Positions 26,353 through 35,647 of a stretch of DNA of 64,000 nucleotides are shown here, in pieces. This stretch comes from Burkholderiales bacterium. Lineage in GTDB: Bacteria > Pseudomonadota > Gammaproteobacteria > Burkholderiales > SG8-39. The first letter of the stretch is position 1; each line of letters starts with the position of its first letter. Under the pieces are notes generated by a model. The model was not told the DNA's origin and made no database searches. It was given only the letters and a program-made list of their open reading frames with translations. Location of the stretch: the NCBI GenBank assembly GCA_036394595.1, contig DASWEU010000201.1, positions 395 to 64,394 on the forward strand, read 5' to 3'. The position numbers were made by a program, and so were the translations under genes.

Positions 26353-27465
26353 ATGGCGAAGAGCATCGAGATCGACCGCGCGAAGCGCCTGCGCGAGGAG
26401 CCGCACAAGGGCCATAACCGCTGGCACCCGGACATCGCGCCGGTGATCGAGGCCGCCGAGGGCGAGGAGGTGACGCTCGAGACGCGCGACGCCAACGACC
26501 TGCAGATCGGGCCGCGCACCACGGCGAAGGACCTGGAGAAGCTCGAGCGCACGGTGGCGCACCCGCTCACCGGCCCGGTGTACGTGAAGGGCGCACAGCC
26601 GGGCGACCTGCTCGAGATCGAATACCTGGACATCCTGCCCGAGCGCTACGGCTGGACGCGCTTCGCGCCGGGCGGCGGCTTCCTGCCGGATCTCTTCGAC
26701 CACCATTTCGTCGTGCACTGGGACATCACGCCCGAGTACGCGACCTCGCCCCAGTTGCCCGGCGTGCGCATCCCGAACGGCGCGTTCATGGGGACAGCGG
26801 GAGTGGCTCCGTCGCGCGAGCAACTCCAGAAATGGTTTTCAAGAGAAAAAGAACTACTTTCACGCGGCGGTCGCGTGTGGCCGCCGGACCCGGCGCACGC
26901 GGTGCCGGCCGGAGGCAAGGTCGCCACGGAGGGCCTGCGCACGATCCCGCCGCGCGAGAACTGCGGCAACGCGGACGTGAAGCAGCTGACGAAAGGCTCG
27001 AAGCTCTTCGTGCCGGTGGCGGTCGACGGCGCGCTCTATTCGGTGGGCGACGGGCACTACGCGCAGGGTGATTCGGAGTGCTGCGGCACGGCGATCGAGA
27101 TGGGGGCGACGGCGGTGGTGCGCTTCAAAGTCCACCGGAGGGTTGCTTTAGAGAAGAACATTGTGTGGCCGCGCTTCTCGCATCCGGGCTTCTTCCAGGA
27201 CCCGAAGCACGCGATGCCGCGCAACTTCATCGCCACCATGGGCATGCCGATCACCGCCGACGGTCGCAACGAGAACTGCGACATCACGCTCGCGGCGAGG
27301 AACGCCGTGATCCACATGATCGACCTGCTGGCGGAGCGCGGCTGGACGCGCGAGCAGGCCTACGTGCTGTGCAGTGTGGCGGTGGACCTGCGCGTGAGCA
27401 ACGTGGTGGACGTGCCGAACGTCACCGTTTCGGCGCTGCTGCCGGAGGGCATCTTCAGCCGGTGA
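26353..27465 (+). CDS. Acetamidase/formamidase family amidohydrolase
   Basis: HNRWHPDI, HPLTGPVYV, NCGNADVK, GDGHYAQGDSE and VVDVPN motifs typical of FmdA/AmdA family enzymes. ATG at 26353 inside a longer track ORF. Confidence 0.85.
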   Translation: MAKSIEIDRAKRLREEPHKGHNRWHPDIAPVIEAAEGEEVTLETRDANDLQIGPRTTAKDLEKLERTVAHPLTGPVYVKGAQPGDLLEIEYLDILPERYGWTRFAPGGGFLPDLFDHHFVVHWDITPEYATSPQLPGVRIPNGAFMGTAGVAPSREQLQKWFSREKELLSRGGRVWPPDPAHAVPAGGKVATEGLRTIPPRENCGNADVKQLTKGSKLFVPVAVDGALYSVGDGHYAQGDSECCGTAIEMGATAVVRFKVHRRVALEKNIVWPRFSHPGFFQDPKHAMPRNFIATMGMPITADGRNENCDITLAARNAVIHMIDLLAERGWTREQAYVLCSVAVDLRVSNVVDVPNVTVSALLPEGIFSR

Positions 27466-27478
27466 CCCGGCGCGCCGC

Positions 27479-27871
27479 TCAGAAGCGGTGCGGGCCCCGG
27501 TGGCGAACTACGCGCACTGGCGGGCGCGCGAAAAAGACCGGGCCGACGACGTACGCGGGATAGTAGGAGTCGGCGTAATCGTAGGCGGGGGCAAGCGGAG
27601 CCCGGCTCGCGGCCATCAGGCGCTGGCGCTGCAGCCACTCCCGCTCGGCGCGCTGCTCGTAGTAGGACGGGCCGCGCTGCGCGGCCGCGCTCTTCAGCGT
27701 GGGATCGGGCTCGTAGGTGGAAAGGTGATCGGCAACCGTACGCGCGCTTTTCGCGGCGGCCGGCGGTGGCGTGTTGGAGTAGGTGACGACGCCCTTGTCG
27801 TCCACCCACCGGTAGGTCTCGGCATGGGCAACCGGGATCAGCGTCAAGGCGAGGGCAAGGAGCCGCCACAT
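27479..27871 (-). CDS. DUF4124 domain-containing secreted protein
   Basis: Signal peptide followed by YRWVDDKGVVTYSNTPPP, the DUF4124 signature. Confidence 0.7.
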   Translation of the reverse strand: MWRLLALALTLIPVAHAETYRWVDDKGVVTYSNTPPPAAAKSARTVADHLSTYEPDPTLKSAAAQRGPSYYEQRAEREWLQRQRLMAASRAPLAPAYDYADSYYPAYVVGPVFFARPPVRVVRHRGPHRF

Positions 27872-27932
27872 GGCGAAGAGTCTAGTCCTCCTTGCTGACG
27901 CCTGTCTTGCGCCCGGGCTAGCTGCCGGCTAG

Positions 27933-28682
27933 CTAGGCCTTCCTCGCCTCGAGCAGCACCTTCATCAGGTCGATCGGCATCGGGAACACGATGGTCGAGG
28001 ATTTGTCGCCGGCAATGGCGGTGAGGGTCTGCAGGTAGCGCAGCTGCATCGCCTCGGGGCGCCCGGAGAGGATTTCGGCGGCCTGCAGCAGCTTCTCGGC
28101 GGCCTGCTGCTCGCCTTCGGCGTGGATCACCTTGGCGCGGCGCTCGCGCTCGGCCTCGGCCTGGCGCGCGATGGCGCGCACCATGGTCTCGTTGAGGTCG
28201 ACGTCCTTGATCTCGACGGTCGAGACCTTGATGCCCCAGGCCTCGGTCTGCGAGTCGAGGATGGCCTGGATGTCGAGGTTGAGCTTCTCGCGGTCGGAGA
28301 GCAGCTGGTCGAGCTCGTGCTTGCCGAGCACCGCGCGCAGCGTGGTCTGGGCCAGCAGGTTGGTGGCGTTGAGGAAGCTGGCCACCTGGATCACCGCCTT
28401 CTGCGGGTCGATGATGCGGAAGTAGATCACCGCGTTCACCTTGACCGAGACGTTATCGCGGGTGATCACGTCCTGCGGCGGCACGTCGAGCACCACGGTG
28501 CGCAGGTCCATGCGCACCATCTGCTGCACCACCGGGATCAGCAGGATCAGGCCCGGCCCCTTGACCGCCCAGAAGCGCCCGAGCTGGAACACCACGCCGC
28601 GCTCGTACTCGCGCAGGATGCGCAGCGACATCGCCAGCAGGATCAGGGCGACGATTGCCGCGCCGAGGCCGAAGTAGGTCAT
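27933..28682 (-). CDS. SPFH/band-7 (stomatin-like) membrane protein
   Basis: N-terminal TM, then [13 protein letters not shown] ... [18 protein letters not shown] ... [16 protein letters not shown] coupling to nfeD. Confidence 0.9.
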   Translation of the reverse strand: MTYFGLGAAIVALILLAMSLRILREYERGVVFQLGRFWAVKGPGLILLIPVVQQMVRMDLRTVVLDVPPQDVITRDNVSVKVNAVIYFRIIDPQKAVIQVASFLNATNLLAQTTLRAVLGKHELDQLLSDREKLNLDIQAILDSQTEAWGIKVSTVEIKDVDLNETMVRAIARQAEAERERRAKVIHAEGEQQAAEKLLQAAEILSGRPEAMQLRYLQTLTAIAGDKSSTIVFPMPIDLMKVLLEARKA

Positions 28683-29989
28683 GGTTTTGCTCCCGTCTTT
28701 GGTGTGACTTGTAGAACCAGGCCGTCGACCGCCGCGACGCCTACCCGCTCGCCCGCCTTCAGGGGCGTCGCGCTTTTCACGCGCCAGGTCTCGCCCTGCA
28801 CGCGCGCCCAGCCCTCGCCGTCGAAGTCCGCCAGCACTTCGCCGACGGCGCCGAGCAGGTGCTCGCGGCCGCTCACCACCGGGCGCTTGCGCGCCCTGAA
28901 GGCGAAGCCGGCGACGCCGATGACGAACAGCGCGCTCGCGCCGGCGATGCCGATGATCAGGGGCAGCGGCACGCCGAAGCCGGGGACGTCGGTGTCGATC
29001 AGCATCACCGAGCCGACGACGAAGGCGATGCCGCCGCCGATGCCGAGCGAGCCGTAGGCCGGCAGGAACACCTCGGCCGCCATGCAGCCGATGCCGAGCA
29101 GGATCAGCGCGAGGCCGGCGTAGCTGAGCGGCAGCAGGTGCAGCCCGTACAGGGCGATGAGCAGCGCGAGCGCGCCCGCCACGCCCGGCGCCACCAGGCC
29201 CGGGTGGGTGAACTCCAGGATCACCGCGTAGATGCCGACCAGCAGCAGCACATAGGCGATGGTCGGGTCGGTGATGACGGCGAGGAAACGCGTGCGCCAG
29301 TCGGCCTCGTACGCGGTGGTCGTGGCGCCGCGCGTCGCGAGAGTGATTTTTTTACCATTCAATTCCAGAACCTTTCCGTCGATGCGCTCCAGGAGCTGCG
29401 GCACGTCGGCGGCGACGAGATCGATGACCTTCTGCTTCAGCGCCTCGTCGGCCGACAGGCTGACCGCCTCGCGCACCGCGCGCTCGGCCCAGTCGGCGTT
29501 CCGCCCGCGCAGCTGCGCGAGGCCGCGGATGTAGGCCGCGGCGTCGTTCACCGCCTTGCTGAGCGGTGCGTTGGCCGGCTCCTTGCTTTTTCCATCTTTT
29601 TCTTTTTCAGGACTGCCCCCCAATGCAATCGGCGTGGCGGCCCCCAGGTTGGTGCCCGGCGCCATCGCCGCGACGTGGCTGGCGTAGAGGATGTAGGTGC
29701 CGGCGCTCGCCGCGCGCGCGCCGCCCGGCGCGACGTAGGCCGCCACCGGCACCGGCGAGGCGAGGATGTCCCTGATGATGGCGCGCATCGAAGTATCGAG
29801 GCCGCCGGGCGTGTCCAGGCGCAGCACCACCAGCGGCGCGCCCGATTTCGCCGCGTGCTCGAGGCCGCGGTGCACGTGGTCGGCGAGCGCCGGCCCGATC
29901 GCGCCCTCGATGGCAATCAGCTCCACCGGCGCCGGAGCGGCAAGGGCCGCGGCGCAAGCCAGCGAGCCCAGAAGCAGCAGCCAGCGCAT
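28679..29989 (-). CDS. NfeD-family membrane-bound serine protease (ClpP-class) with C-terminal OB domain
   Basis: Signal peptide, ClpP-like domain ([20 protein letters not shown]), polytopic middle region, and a C-terminal NfeD OB segment ([16 protein letters not shown]). Confidence 0.85.
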   Translation of the reverse strand: MRWLLLLGSLACAAALAAPAPVELIAIEGAIGPALADHVHRGLEHAAKSGAPLVVLRLDTPGGLDTSMRAIIRDILASPVPVAAYVAPGGARAASAGTYILYASHVAAMAPGTNLGAATPIALGGSPEKEKDGKSKEPANAPLSKAVNDAAAYIRGLAQLRGRNADWAERAVREAVSLSADEALKQKVIDLVAADVPQLLERIDGKVLELNGKKITLATRGATTTAYEADWRTRFLAVITDPTIAYVLLLVGIYAVILEFTHPGLVAPGVAGALALLIALYGLHLLPLSYAGLALILLGIGCMAAEVFLPAYGSLGIGGGIAFVVGSVMLIDTDVPGFGVPLPLIIGIAGASALFVIGVAGFAFRARKRPVVSGREHLLGAVGEVLADFDGEGWARVQGETWRVKSATPLKAGERVGVAAVDGLVLQVTPKTGAKP

Positions 29990-30014
29990 CCCGCCAACGT
30001 ATCATGGCGCCACG

Positions 30015-30935
30015 ATGGCCGCGACCTGTCCCTGGTGCCAGGCGCCGCGCGACGCGGGGCCGAGCTGCCCGAAGTGCGGCGCGAACTACGCCAAGGCGGA
30101 GCAGATCAAGGCCAAGGGTCGGGCGCAGGTGGAGAAACCCGCCGCCGCGCCTGCGCCGTTCGCAGCGGCGATCGTCGGCATCGATGACCGGCCGGTCGAG
30201 GATCCCGCGCTCGAGCTCAAGTTCTGCATCGCGGCCATTCCGGCGGCGATGCTGCTCGCGCTGGCGTTCCATTTCCTCACGCCGGGGCTGCAGCGCATCG
30301 TGTTCGGCATGCCGGTGCACGAGCTCGGGCACGCGGTGTCGGCGTGGTTCACCGGGTTCTGGGCGATCCCGACGCTGTGGAAGACGCTCATTCCCGACGA
30401 GCGGGGCTTCCTCGCGCCGATCCTCCTCGCGGGCGCGATCGCGTGGATGATGTTTCGCGCCGGGCGCGCGGGGAAGACCTACCTGGTGGCGATCGGCGTC
30501 GTGCTGCTCGTGCTGCAGGGGCTCGGCACGCTCTGGATCCGCGAGAGCACGGCGATCGCGATCTACACCTTCGGCGGCGACGGCGCGGGAATGGTGCTCG
30601 CCGCGGCGCTGATGGCGAGCTTTTTCTTCGGCAAGCGCTCGCAGCTCTACCAGGGGTCGCTGCGCTGGGGCTTCCTCGCGATCGGCGCGGCGGCGTTCAC
30701 CGACATGTTCGCCACGTGGTGGAAAGCGCTCTACGACCGCGGCGCGATCCCGATCGGCGAGATCGAGGGCGTCGGCCTGTCGGATGCCGCGCGGCTATTG
30801 GGCGAGCACTTCTGGACGCCGGACGCGCTGGTGCGCCGCTACGTCACGGTCGGCGTGCTCTGCCTCGTCGCGCTCGCGGCCGTCTACGCCTGGGGTGTGT
30901 GGCGGGCGCGAAAGGCCGCCCGCGGCGCGACGTAA
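30015..30935 (+). CDS. Zinc-ribbon plus polytopic membrane protein with HExxH motif (putative membrane metalloprotease)
   Basis: N-terminal CPWC...CPKC zinc ribbon. HELGH sits in the first membrane segment region, followed by about 6 hydrophobic helices. Confidence 0.55.
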   Translation: MAATCPWCQAPRDAGPSCPKCGANYAKAEQIKAKGRAQVEKPAAAPAPFAAAIVGIDDRPVEDPALELKFCIAAIPAAMLLALAFHFLTPGLQRIVFGMPVHELGHAVSAWFTGFWAIPTLWKTLIPDERGFLAPILLAGAIAWMMFRAGRAGKTYLVAIGVVLLVLQGLGTLWIRESTAIAIYTFGGDGAGMVLAAALMASFFFGKRSQLYQGSLRWGFLAIGAAAFTDMFATWWKALYDRGAIPIGEIEGVGLSDAARLLGEHFWTPDALVRRYVTVGVLCLVALAAVYAWGVWRARKAARGAT

Positions 30936-30943
30936 CTACGTAA

Positions 30944-31054
30944 CTAGGGCTGCCGCCACGGCTCGCGCTTGCCCGGGCCGGGCATCGGCGCGGGCGTCGG
31001 ATTCTTCTTGGGTTTCTTTTTTTCCTTGTTGCTGCGCTGCTCGCGATTCGCCAT
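30944..31054 (-). CDS. Small Lys/Pro-rich protein (36 aa), hypothetical; not in the ORF track
   Basis: My own translation gives MANREQRSNKEKKKPKKNPTPAPMPGPGKREPWRQP with a GGAGA RBS 5 nt upstream of the ATG at 31054. The only support is ORF plus RBS. Confidence 0.35.
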   Translation of the reverse strand: MANREQRSNKEKKKPKKNPTPAPMPGPGKREPWRQP

Positions 31055-31138
31055 GAGATTCTCCAGGAAGGCTCCATTATCCGCCTGTCAACTCCTTCCT
31101 CGTCAAACAACGTCAAAACCCTCTATAGTCCGCAGACC

Positions 31139-33433
31139 TTGTCCTACTGGGGGGTGGATTTGGCCGAGACCGAGCAGGCGGCATCGAGTTCGTTCGAGAA
31201 GCTTCTCGGGGAAAGCCGCGACCTGGTCACGGAGCGGCTGGCCGCCGCCATGGCCGCCATGCTCGACAAGGCCGACGAGGAGCTGGTCGCACTGATCAGC
31301 GGGACGCAGGAGCGCGCCGCGCAGGAGACCTACCAGGACGCGCGCAAGGCAATCGGCTCTCAGCGCAAGAAGCTGGAAACCGAATTCCAGAAGTTCTACC
31401 TCAAGGAATTCCGCGCCCGCGCCACCCGCGTGAAGGACGCGGCGCAGAGCTTCGCCGAGGTGGAGACCTCCGAGCTCAAGCTGGTCGGCGACCACGACCT
31501 CGAGGAGACGCTCAAGTTCAAGGAGCTGGCCGCCAAGCTGCGCACCTTCTGCGACGAGGAGCTCGGCGCGCTCGACCAGCGCGTCGGCGTGCTGCTCGGC
31601 GACGCCAACCTCGCCTCCGACGGCAACCCGTTCAGCCCGCAGGCCATCTGCGACGCCTTCCAGCAGGCCTGCCACGAGCTCGACGCCAAGGTGCAGGTGC
31701 GCGACATCCTGCGCAAGCTGTTCGACGACCACGTCATCGACGAGGTGCGCTCGATCTACAAGGCGGTGAACGCGCTGCTGGTGAAAAACGCGATCCTGCC
31801 GAGAATCCGCTACGGCGTGTCGAAGGACAAGAGCAAGCGGCGTCCCGCCGGCGGCGCAAAGGCCGGCAAGGGCAAGAAGGACGCCAAGCCAGGCGAGGAG
31901 GAAGAGGAGGACGAGGACGACGAGGCCGACGCTGGGGCGAATATCTTCGCGCTGCTGCAGAAGCTCGCGACCTCGGGCGCGGGCCTGCCGGGACTCGGCG
32001 TGGGCGCCGCGCCGGCGCTGGCGCCCGGTCAGATAGTGCTGCAGGGCGCTGACCTGCTCGGCGCGCTCTCCCGCATCCAGCTGGGCGACGCCAGCGCGAT
32101 CCCCGGCGGGCTGCCCGCCGTCGCTGCCGGCGCCGCCGCGGCCGCCGCGGGCGGGCCGGCGGACACGACCAACGTCCTGCGCGAGCTGAAGACCAGCAGC
32201 TTCGGCGCCGGCATGGGCCAGATGGACGCCATGACGCTCGACATCGTGGCGATGCTGTTCGACCAGCTGTTCGACGACGCGAAGATTCCCATCGGCCTCA
32301 AGGGCCTGGTGGCGCGCCTGCAGATCCCGATGCTGAAGGTGGCGATCGCCGACAAGACTTTCTTCCAGAAGAAGTCGCACCCGGCGCGCCAGGTGCTCAA
32401 CACGCTCGGCGAGATCGCGCTGCGCCTGCCGCCCGACTTCGGCGTCGACAGCCCGCTGTTCATCAAGCTCGAGGCGATCCTGCAGCAGATCCTGGAGGGC
32501 TTCAAGGACGACGTCGCCATCTTCGAGACGACCGAGACGCAGCTGCGCGCCGTCATCGCCGACGAAGAGCAGCGGGTGCAGTCGGAAACGCGCGCCGTCG
32601 CCGAAAGCGCGCAGCAGGCCGAGAACCTCGCGGTGGCGAAGACCGCCGCGGAGGAGGAGATCCGGCCGCGCGTGCAGGGACACAAGCTGCCCGGCCCGGT
32701 GCTCGAGTTCCTGATTCAGCACTGGCTGCGGCTGCTGCTCCTGATCCACGCCAAGTCCGGCACCGAGGGCGCCGAGTGGAAGGACGCGCTCGAGGCGATG
32801 GACGACCTGATCTGGAGCGTGGAGGCGAAAAAGACCCCGGAGGACCGCCGCAAGCTCGCCGCGATGGTGCCGAAGCTCGTCAAGCGCATCACCGCCGGGC
32901 TGCAATCCCTCGGCGCGGAGGAACAGGTGCGCACCGCCTTGTTCGCCGAGCTGATGACCTACCACACCGAGATCCTCCACCCGAAGGAACCCGCCGCCGG
33001 CGCCGCGCCGGCCGCGAAGGGCGCGGAACCGGCGGGCAAGGCGCCGGCCGCCGCGTCGGCGACGCTCGATTTCACCGCGGCGGTGACGGTGAAGAATCCG
33101 TACGGCGGCGGCGAAGTCAAGGTGTCGGCGACGGCGGCGATCGACCCGCCCGAGGACCTCGAGATGGGCGACTGGATCGAGTTCCGCTCGAAGGCAGCCG
33201 AAGCCGTGCCGCAGGCGAAGAAGCTGCTGTTCGTGCCGCCGAAGAAGACGCGCTACATCTTCTCCGACCGCCGGGGGCAGGACATCCTCGAGCTGACGCG
33301 CGGCGAAATCGTGCGGCGCCTGCGCAGCGGCGAAGCCGTGCGGCTCGACGGCGAGCCCGAGGAGCCGCTGTTCGACCGCATCATGAACGGCCTGGTCGGC
33401 AAGCTGAGCGCGCCCGCGACCCCCGCGGCCTGA
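31139..33433 (+). CDS. DUF1631 family protein
   Basis: Approx. 760-aa helical protein with an acidic linker (EEEEEDEDDE). The central LKGLVARLQIPMLKVAIADKTFFQKKSHPARQVLNTLGE block is characteristic of DUF1631. The TTG start is uncertain. Confidence 0.6.
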   Translation: MSYWGVDLAETEQAASSSFEKLLGESRDLVTERLAAAMAAMLDKADEELVALISGTQERAAQETYQDARKAIGSQRKKLETEFQKFYLKEFRARATRVKDAAQSFAEVETSELKLVGDHDLEETLKFKELAAKLRTFCDEELGALDQRVGVLLGDANLASDGNPFSPQAICDAFQQACHELDAKVQVRDILRKLFDDHVIDEVRSIYKAVNALLVKNAILPRIRYGVSKDKSKRRPAGGAKAGKGKKDAKPGEEEEEDEDDEADAGANIFALLQKLATSGAGLPGLGVGAAPALAPGQIVLQGADLLGALSRIQLGDASAIPGGLPAVAAGAAAAAAGGPADTTNVLRELKTSSFGAGMGQMDAMTLDIVAMLFDQLFDDAKIPIGLKGLVARLQIPMLKVAIADKTFFQKKSHPARQVLNTLGEIALRLPPDFGVDSPLFIKLEAILQQILEGFKDDVAIFETTETQLRAVIADEEQRVQSETRAVAESAQQAENLAVAKTAAEEEIRPRVQGHKLPGPVLEFLIQHWLRLLLLIHAKSGTEGAEWKDALEAMDDLIWSVEAKKTPEDRRKLAAMVPKLVKRITAGLQSLGAEEQVRTALFAELMTYHTEILHPKEPAAGAAPAAKGAEPAGKAPAAASATLDFTAAVTVKNPYGGGEVKVSATAAIDPPEDLEMGDWIEFRSKAAEAVPQAKKLLFVPPKKTRYIFSDRRGQDILELTRGEIVRRLRSGEAVRLDGEPEEPLFDRIMNGLVGKLSAPATPAA

Positions 33434-33446
33434 TCAGCGCCGGCGG

Positions 33447-34415
33447 CTAGTCGGCGGTGACGCCGGCGTCCTTCACGACTTTCGCCCACTTCGCGACTTC
33501 GGTGCGGGCAAACGCGGTGAAGAACTCCGAGGTGCCGGGCGCGGCTTCGATGCCCGAGTCGGACAGGCGCTTCACCGTCTCCGGGCTCGAGACGGCCTTC
33601 TGTAAATCGGCATTGATCCGTTCAACCAGCGCCGGCGCCATGCCGCCCGGCCCGCACAGGCCGTACCACACCGTGACTTCGTAGCCCGGCACGCCGGCCT
33701 CGGCGATGGTCGGCACGTCGGGAAACTGCGGCGAGCGCTTCGCGGTCGAGACGCCGAGCGCGCGCGTGCGCCCGGCCTTGAGGTAGGCGACCTGCTCGGG
33801 CAGGTTGGTGATGACGAGCTGGATCTGCCCGGCTACCAGGTCGGCGGAGGAGGCCGCGCCGCCCTTGTACGGCACGTGCACGATGTCAATGCCGGTCATC
33901 GACTTGAACAGCTCGACGCCGAGGTGCGTGGAGGTGCCGACGCCCGAGGAGCCATAGCTGATCCTGCCGGGGTTGGCGCGGGCGTAGGCGATGAACTCGG
34001 CGACCGTATTGGCGGGAACCGCAGGGTGCACCGCCATCACGTTGGGCGTGGTGCCGATCAGGCCGATGTAGGTGACGTCGCGGATCGCGTCGTAGGGGAT
34101 TTTCTTGTAGAGCGCGGGCGCGACGCCGTGCGAGCCGATGTTGCAGAGCACGAAGCTGTAGCCGTCGGGCGCGGACTTGGCAACGCTGTCGCCGGCGATG
34201 GTGCCGCCGGCGCCCGGCTTGTTCTCGACGGTGATCGCCTGGCCCCAGAGTTCGCTCAACTTCGCGGTCGTGATGCGCGCGGTCTGGTCGACGCCGCCGC
34301 CGGGCACGAAGCCGACCAGCAGGCGCGGCGGCTTGGTGGGATACGTGGGATAAGTCTGGGCGAGCGCCGCAGCGGCGTACACCAACGAAAGGGCCAACAG
34401 AGCGAGAACCCGCAT
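33447..34415 (-). CDS. Bug-family (TctC-like) substrate-binding protein
   Basis: Signal peptide, PTKPPRLLVGFVPGGGVD, ENKPGAGG, PDGYSF, HVPYKGG. Confidence 0.9.
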   Translation of the reverse strand: MRVLALLALSLVYAAAALAQTYPTYPTKPPRLLVGFVPGGGVDQTARITTAKLSELWGQAITVENKPGAGGTIAGDSVAKSAPDGYSFVLCNIGSHGVAPALYKKIPYDAIRDVTYIGLIGTTPNVMAVHPAVPANTVAEFIAYARANPGRISYGSSGVGTSTHLGVELFKSMTGIDIVHVPYKGGAASSADLVAGQIQLVITNLPEQVAYLKAGRTRALGVSTAKRSPQFPDVPTIAEAGVPGYEVTVWYGLCGPGGMAPALVERINADLQKAVSSPETVKRLSDSGIEAAPGTSEFFTAFARTEVAKWAKVVKDAGVTAD

Positions 34416-34456
34416 GGCGTCACCTCCCCCGGGCAGTATGCATTAACCTAGGGCTC

Positions 34457-34807
34457 ATGAACGAGCGCCTGCTGTACGAAAACCGCGGCCAGCCGCCGCT
34501 CTCGCGCAGGAGCTTCGCCCGCCGCATGGGGCTGCACGCCGGCGTGGTGCTGCTGATCCTCGCGGCGTCGCTCGCCATCGGCATGGCGGGCTACATGGGC
34601 TTCGAGGACCTCCCCTGGCAGGACGCTTTCGTCAATGCCGCCATGCTGCTCGGCGGCATGGGCCCGGTGAACGCGCTGAAGACGAATGCCGGGAAGATCT
34701 TCGCCGGCTGCTACGCGCTCTACGCCGGGCTGGTGTTCATCGTCTCGACCGGCGTGATCCTCGCGCCGGTCGTACACCGGGTGCTGCACAAGTTCAACTC
34801 GAACTAG
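34457..34807 (+). CDS. Small membrane protein (2-3 TM), hypothetical
   Basis: Hydrophobic helices HAGVVLLILAASLAIGMAGY and FAGCYALYAGLVFIVSTGVILAPV. No assignable domain. Confidence 0.5.
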   Translation: MNERLLYENRGQPPLSRRSFARRMGLHAGVVLLILAASLAIGMAGYMGFEDLPWQDAFVNAAMLLGGMGPVNALKTNAGKIFAGCYALYAGLVFIVSTGVILAPVVHRVLHKFNSN

Positions 34808-35583
34808 CGCAGCTCGAGGTGCCCGCCGCTGACGCGGCCCTGGTATTCGCGGCCGCCGGCCTTGAAGGAAATCTCCTCGCCGTTCATCCGCCCCTGGAGC
34901 GCGAGGGTCTTGCCCCCGGTGTGCAGGGTGCCGGAGAGCATTTGGAAGTCCTGCTTCAGAGTGAGATCGCCCTGCGACAGCTGGTAGCTGCCGGCGACGC
35001 GGGCGGGAATGATCCACAGCAGCGCCGTGCACCAGGACGAGCCGCCGCAGCTCGCTTCGTCCAGCTGGAAGGTTTCGTCGGCCTGCCACTGGTCCATGGT
35101 GAAGGAGTTCGACACCACGCGGGTGCCGGGCTTGAGCTGCAGGAGCTTCGGCCGCAGCTTCAGGTTGATGCTCGGCAGCAGGAACATGGTGATGACGGTG
35201 GCCTTCGACAGGTCGGTCTCGAACAGGTCCGCCTTGGTGAAGCTGACGCGGTTGGCCACGCCCGCCTTCTCGGCGTTCTGCTTCGACAGCGCCACCATGT
35301 CGGGGTTGTATTCGATGCCGGCGGCGCGCGCCCCGCGCTTGGCGGCGGTGATGACGGTGCGCCCGTCGCCCGAGCCGAGGTCCATGACGAAATCGGCCGC
35401 GGTGACCTTGGCCATGTCGAGCATCTTGTCTACCAGCGCCTGCGGCGTCGGCACCCAGACGACGTCCTTGCCTTCCTGCCCGACGGTGGGTTCGTAGGCC
35501 GGCGCTTTCTGCGCCTGGGCGAACGTCAGGGCGCTGAAAGCAGCGAGGAAGAGGGCGAGAGGAGCGCGGAGAAGGGCGAGCAT
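34804..35583 (-). CDS. Secreted class I SAM-dependent methyltransferase
   Basis: Signal peptide MLALLRAPLALFLAAFSALTFAQA and SAM motif I VMDLGSGDGR. ATG at 35583; the track ORF start at 35832 is upstream read-through. Confidence 0.7.
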   Translation of the reverse strand: MLALLRAPLALFLAAFSALTFAQAQKAPAYEPTVGQEGKDVVWVPTPQALVDKMLDMAKVTAADFVMDLGSGDGRTVITAAKRGARAAGIEYNPDMVALSKQNAEKAGVANRVSFTKADLFETDLSKATVITMFLLPSINLKLRPKLLQLKPGTRVVSNSFTMDQWQADETFQLDEASCGGSSWCTALLWIIPARVAGSYQLSQGDLTLKQDFQMLSGTLHTGGKTLALQGRMNGEEISFKAGGREYQGRVSGGHLELR

Positions 35584-35647
35584 CGCGGGGTTCCGTGTAC
35601 GGGTGAAAGGCGGCAATTCTAGCGGCGCCGCTGCGGTAAAGTGAGCC

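Noticed and set aside
31900-31935. Simple-sequence runs: the acidic GAG/GAC run in the DUF1631 gene (about 31900-31935) and the GGC run near 63810-63825, considered as tandem repeats or CRISPR-like repeats
   Set aside because: They are in-frame codon repeats (poly-Glu/Asp linker, poly-Gly) inside coding sequence. I saw no spacer-repeat periodicity anywhere in the window.
31103-32980. Long antisense ORFs: 31103..32980(-), 6229..8430(-), 48599..50431(-), 51226..52860(-), 55245..57110(-), 41371..42216(-), 62579..63766(-), 1089..2075(+), 16391..17458(-)
   Set aside because: All lie opposite genes with clear family motifs. Their translations are low-complexity Arg/Ala/Gly/Pro/His-rich with no motifs. 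I regard them as GC-driven shadow ORFs.
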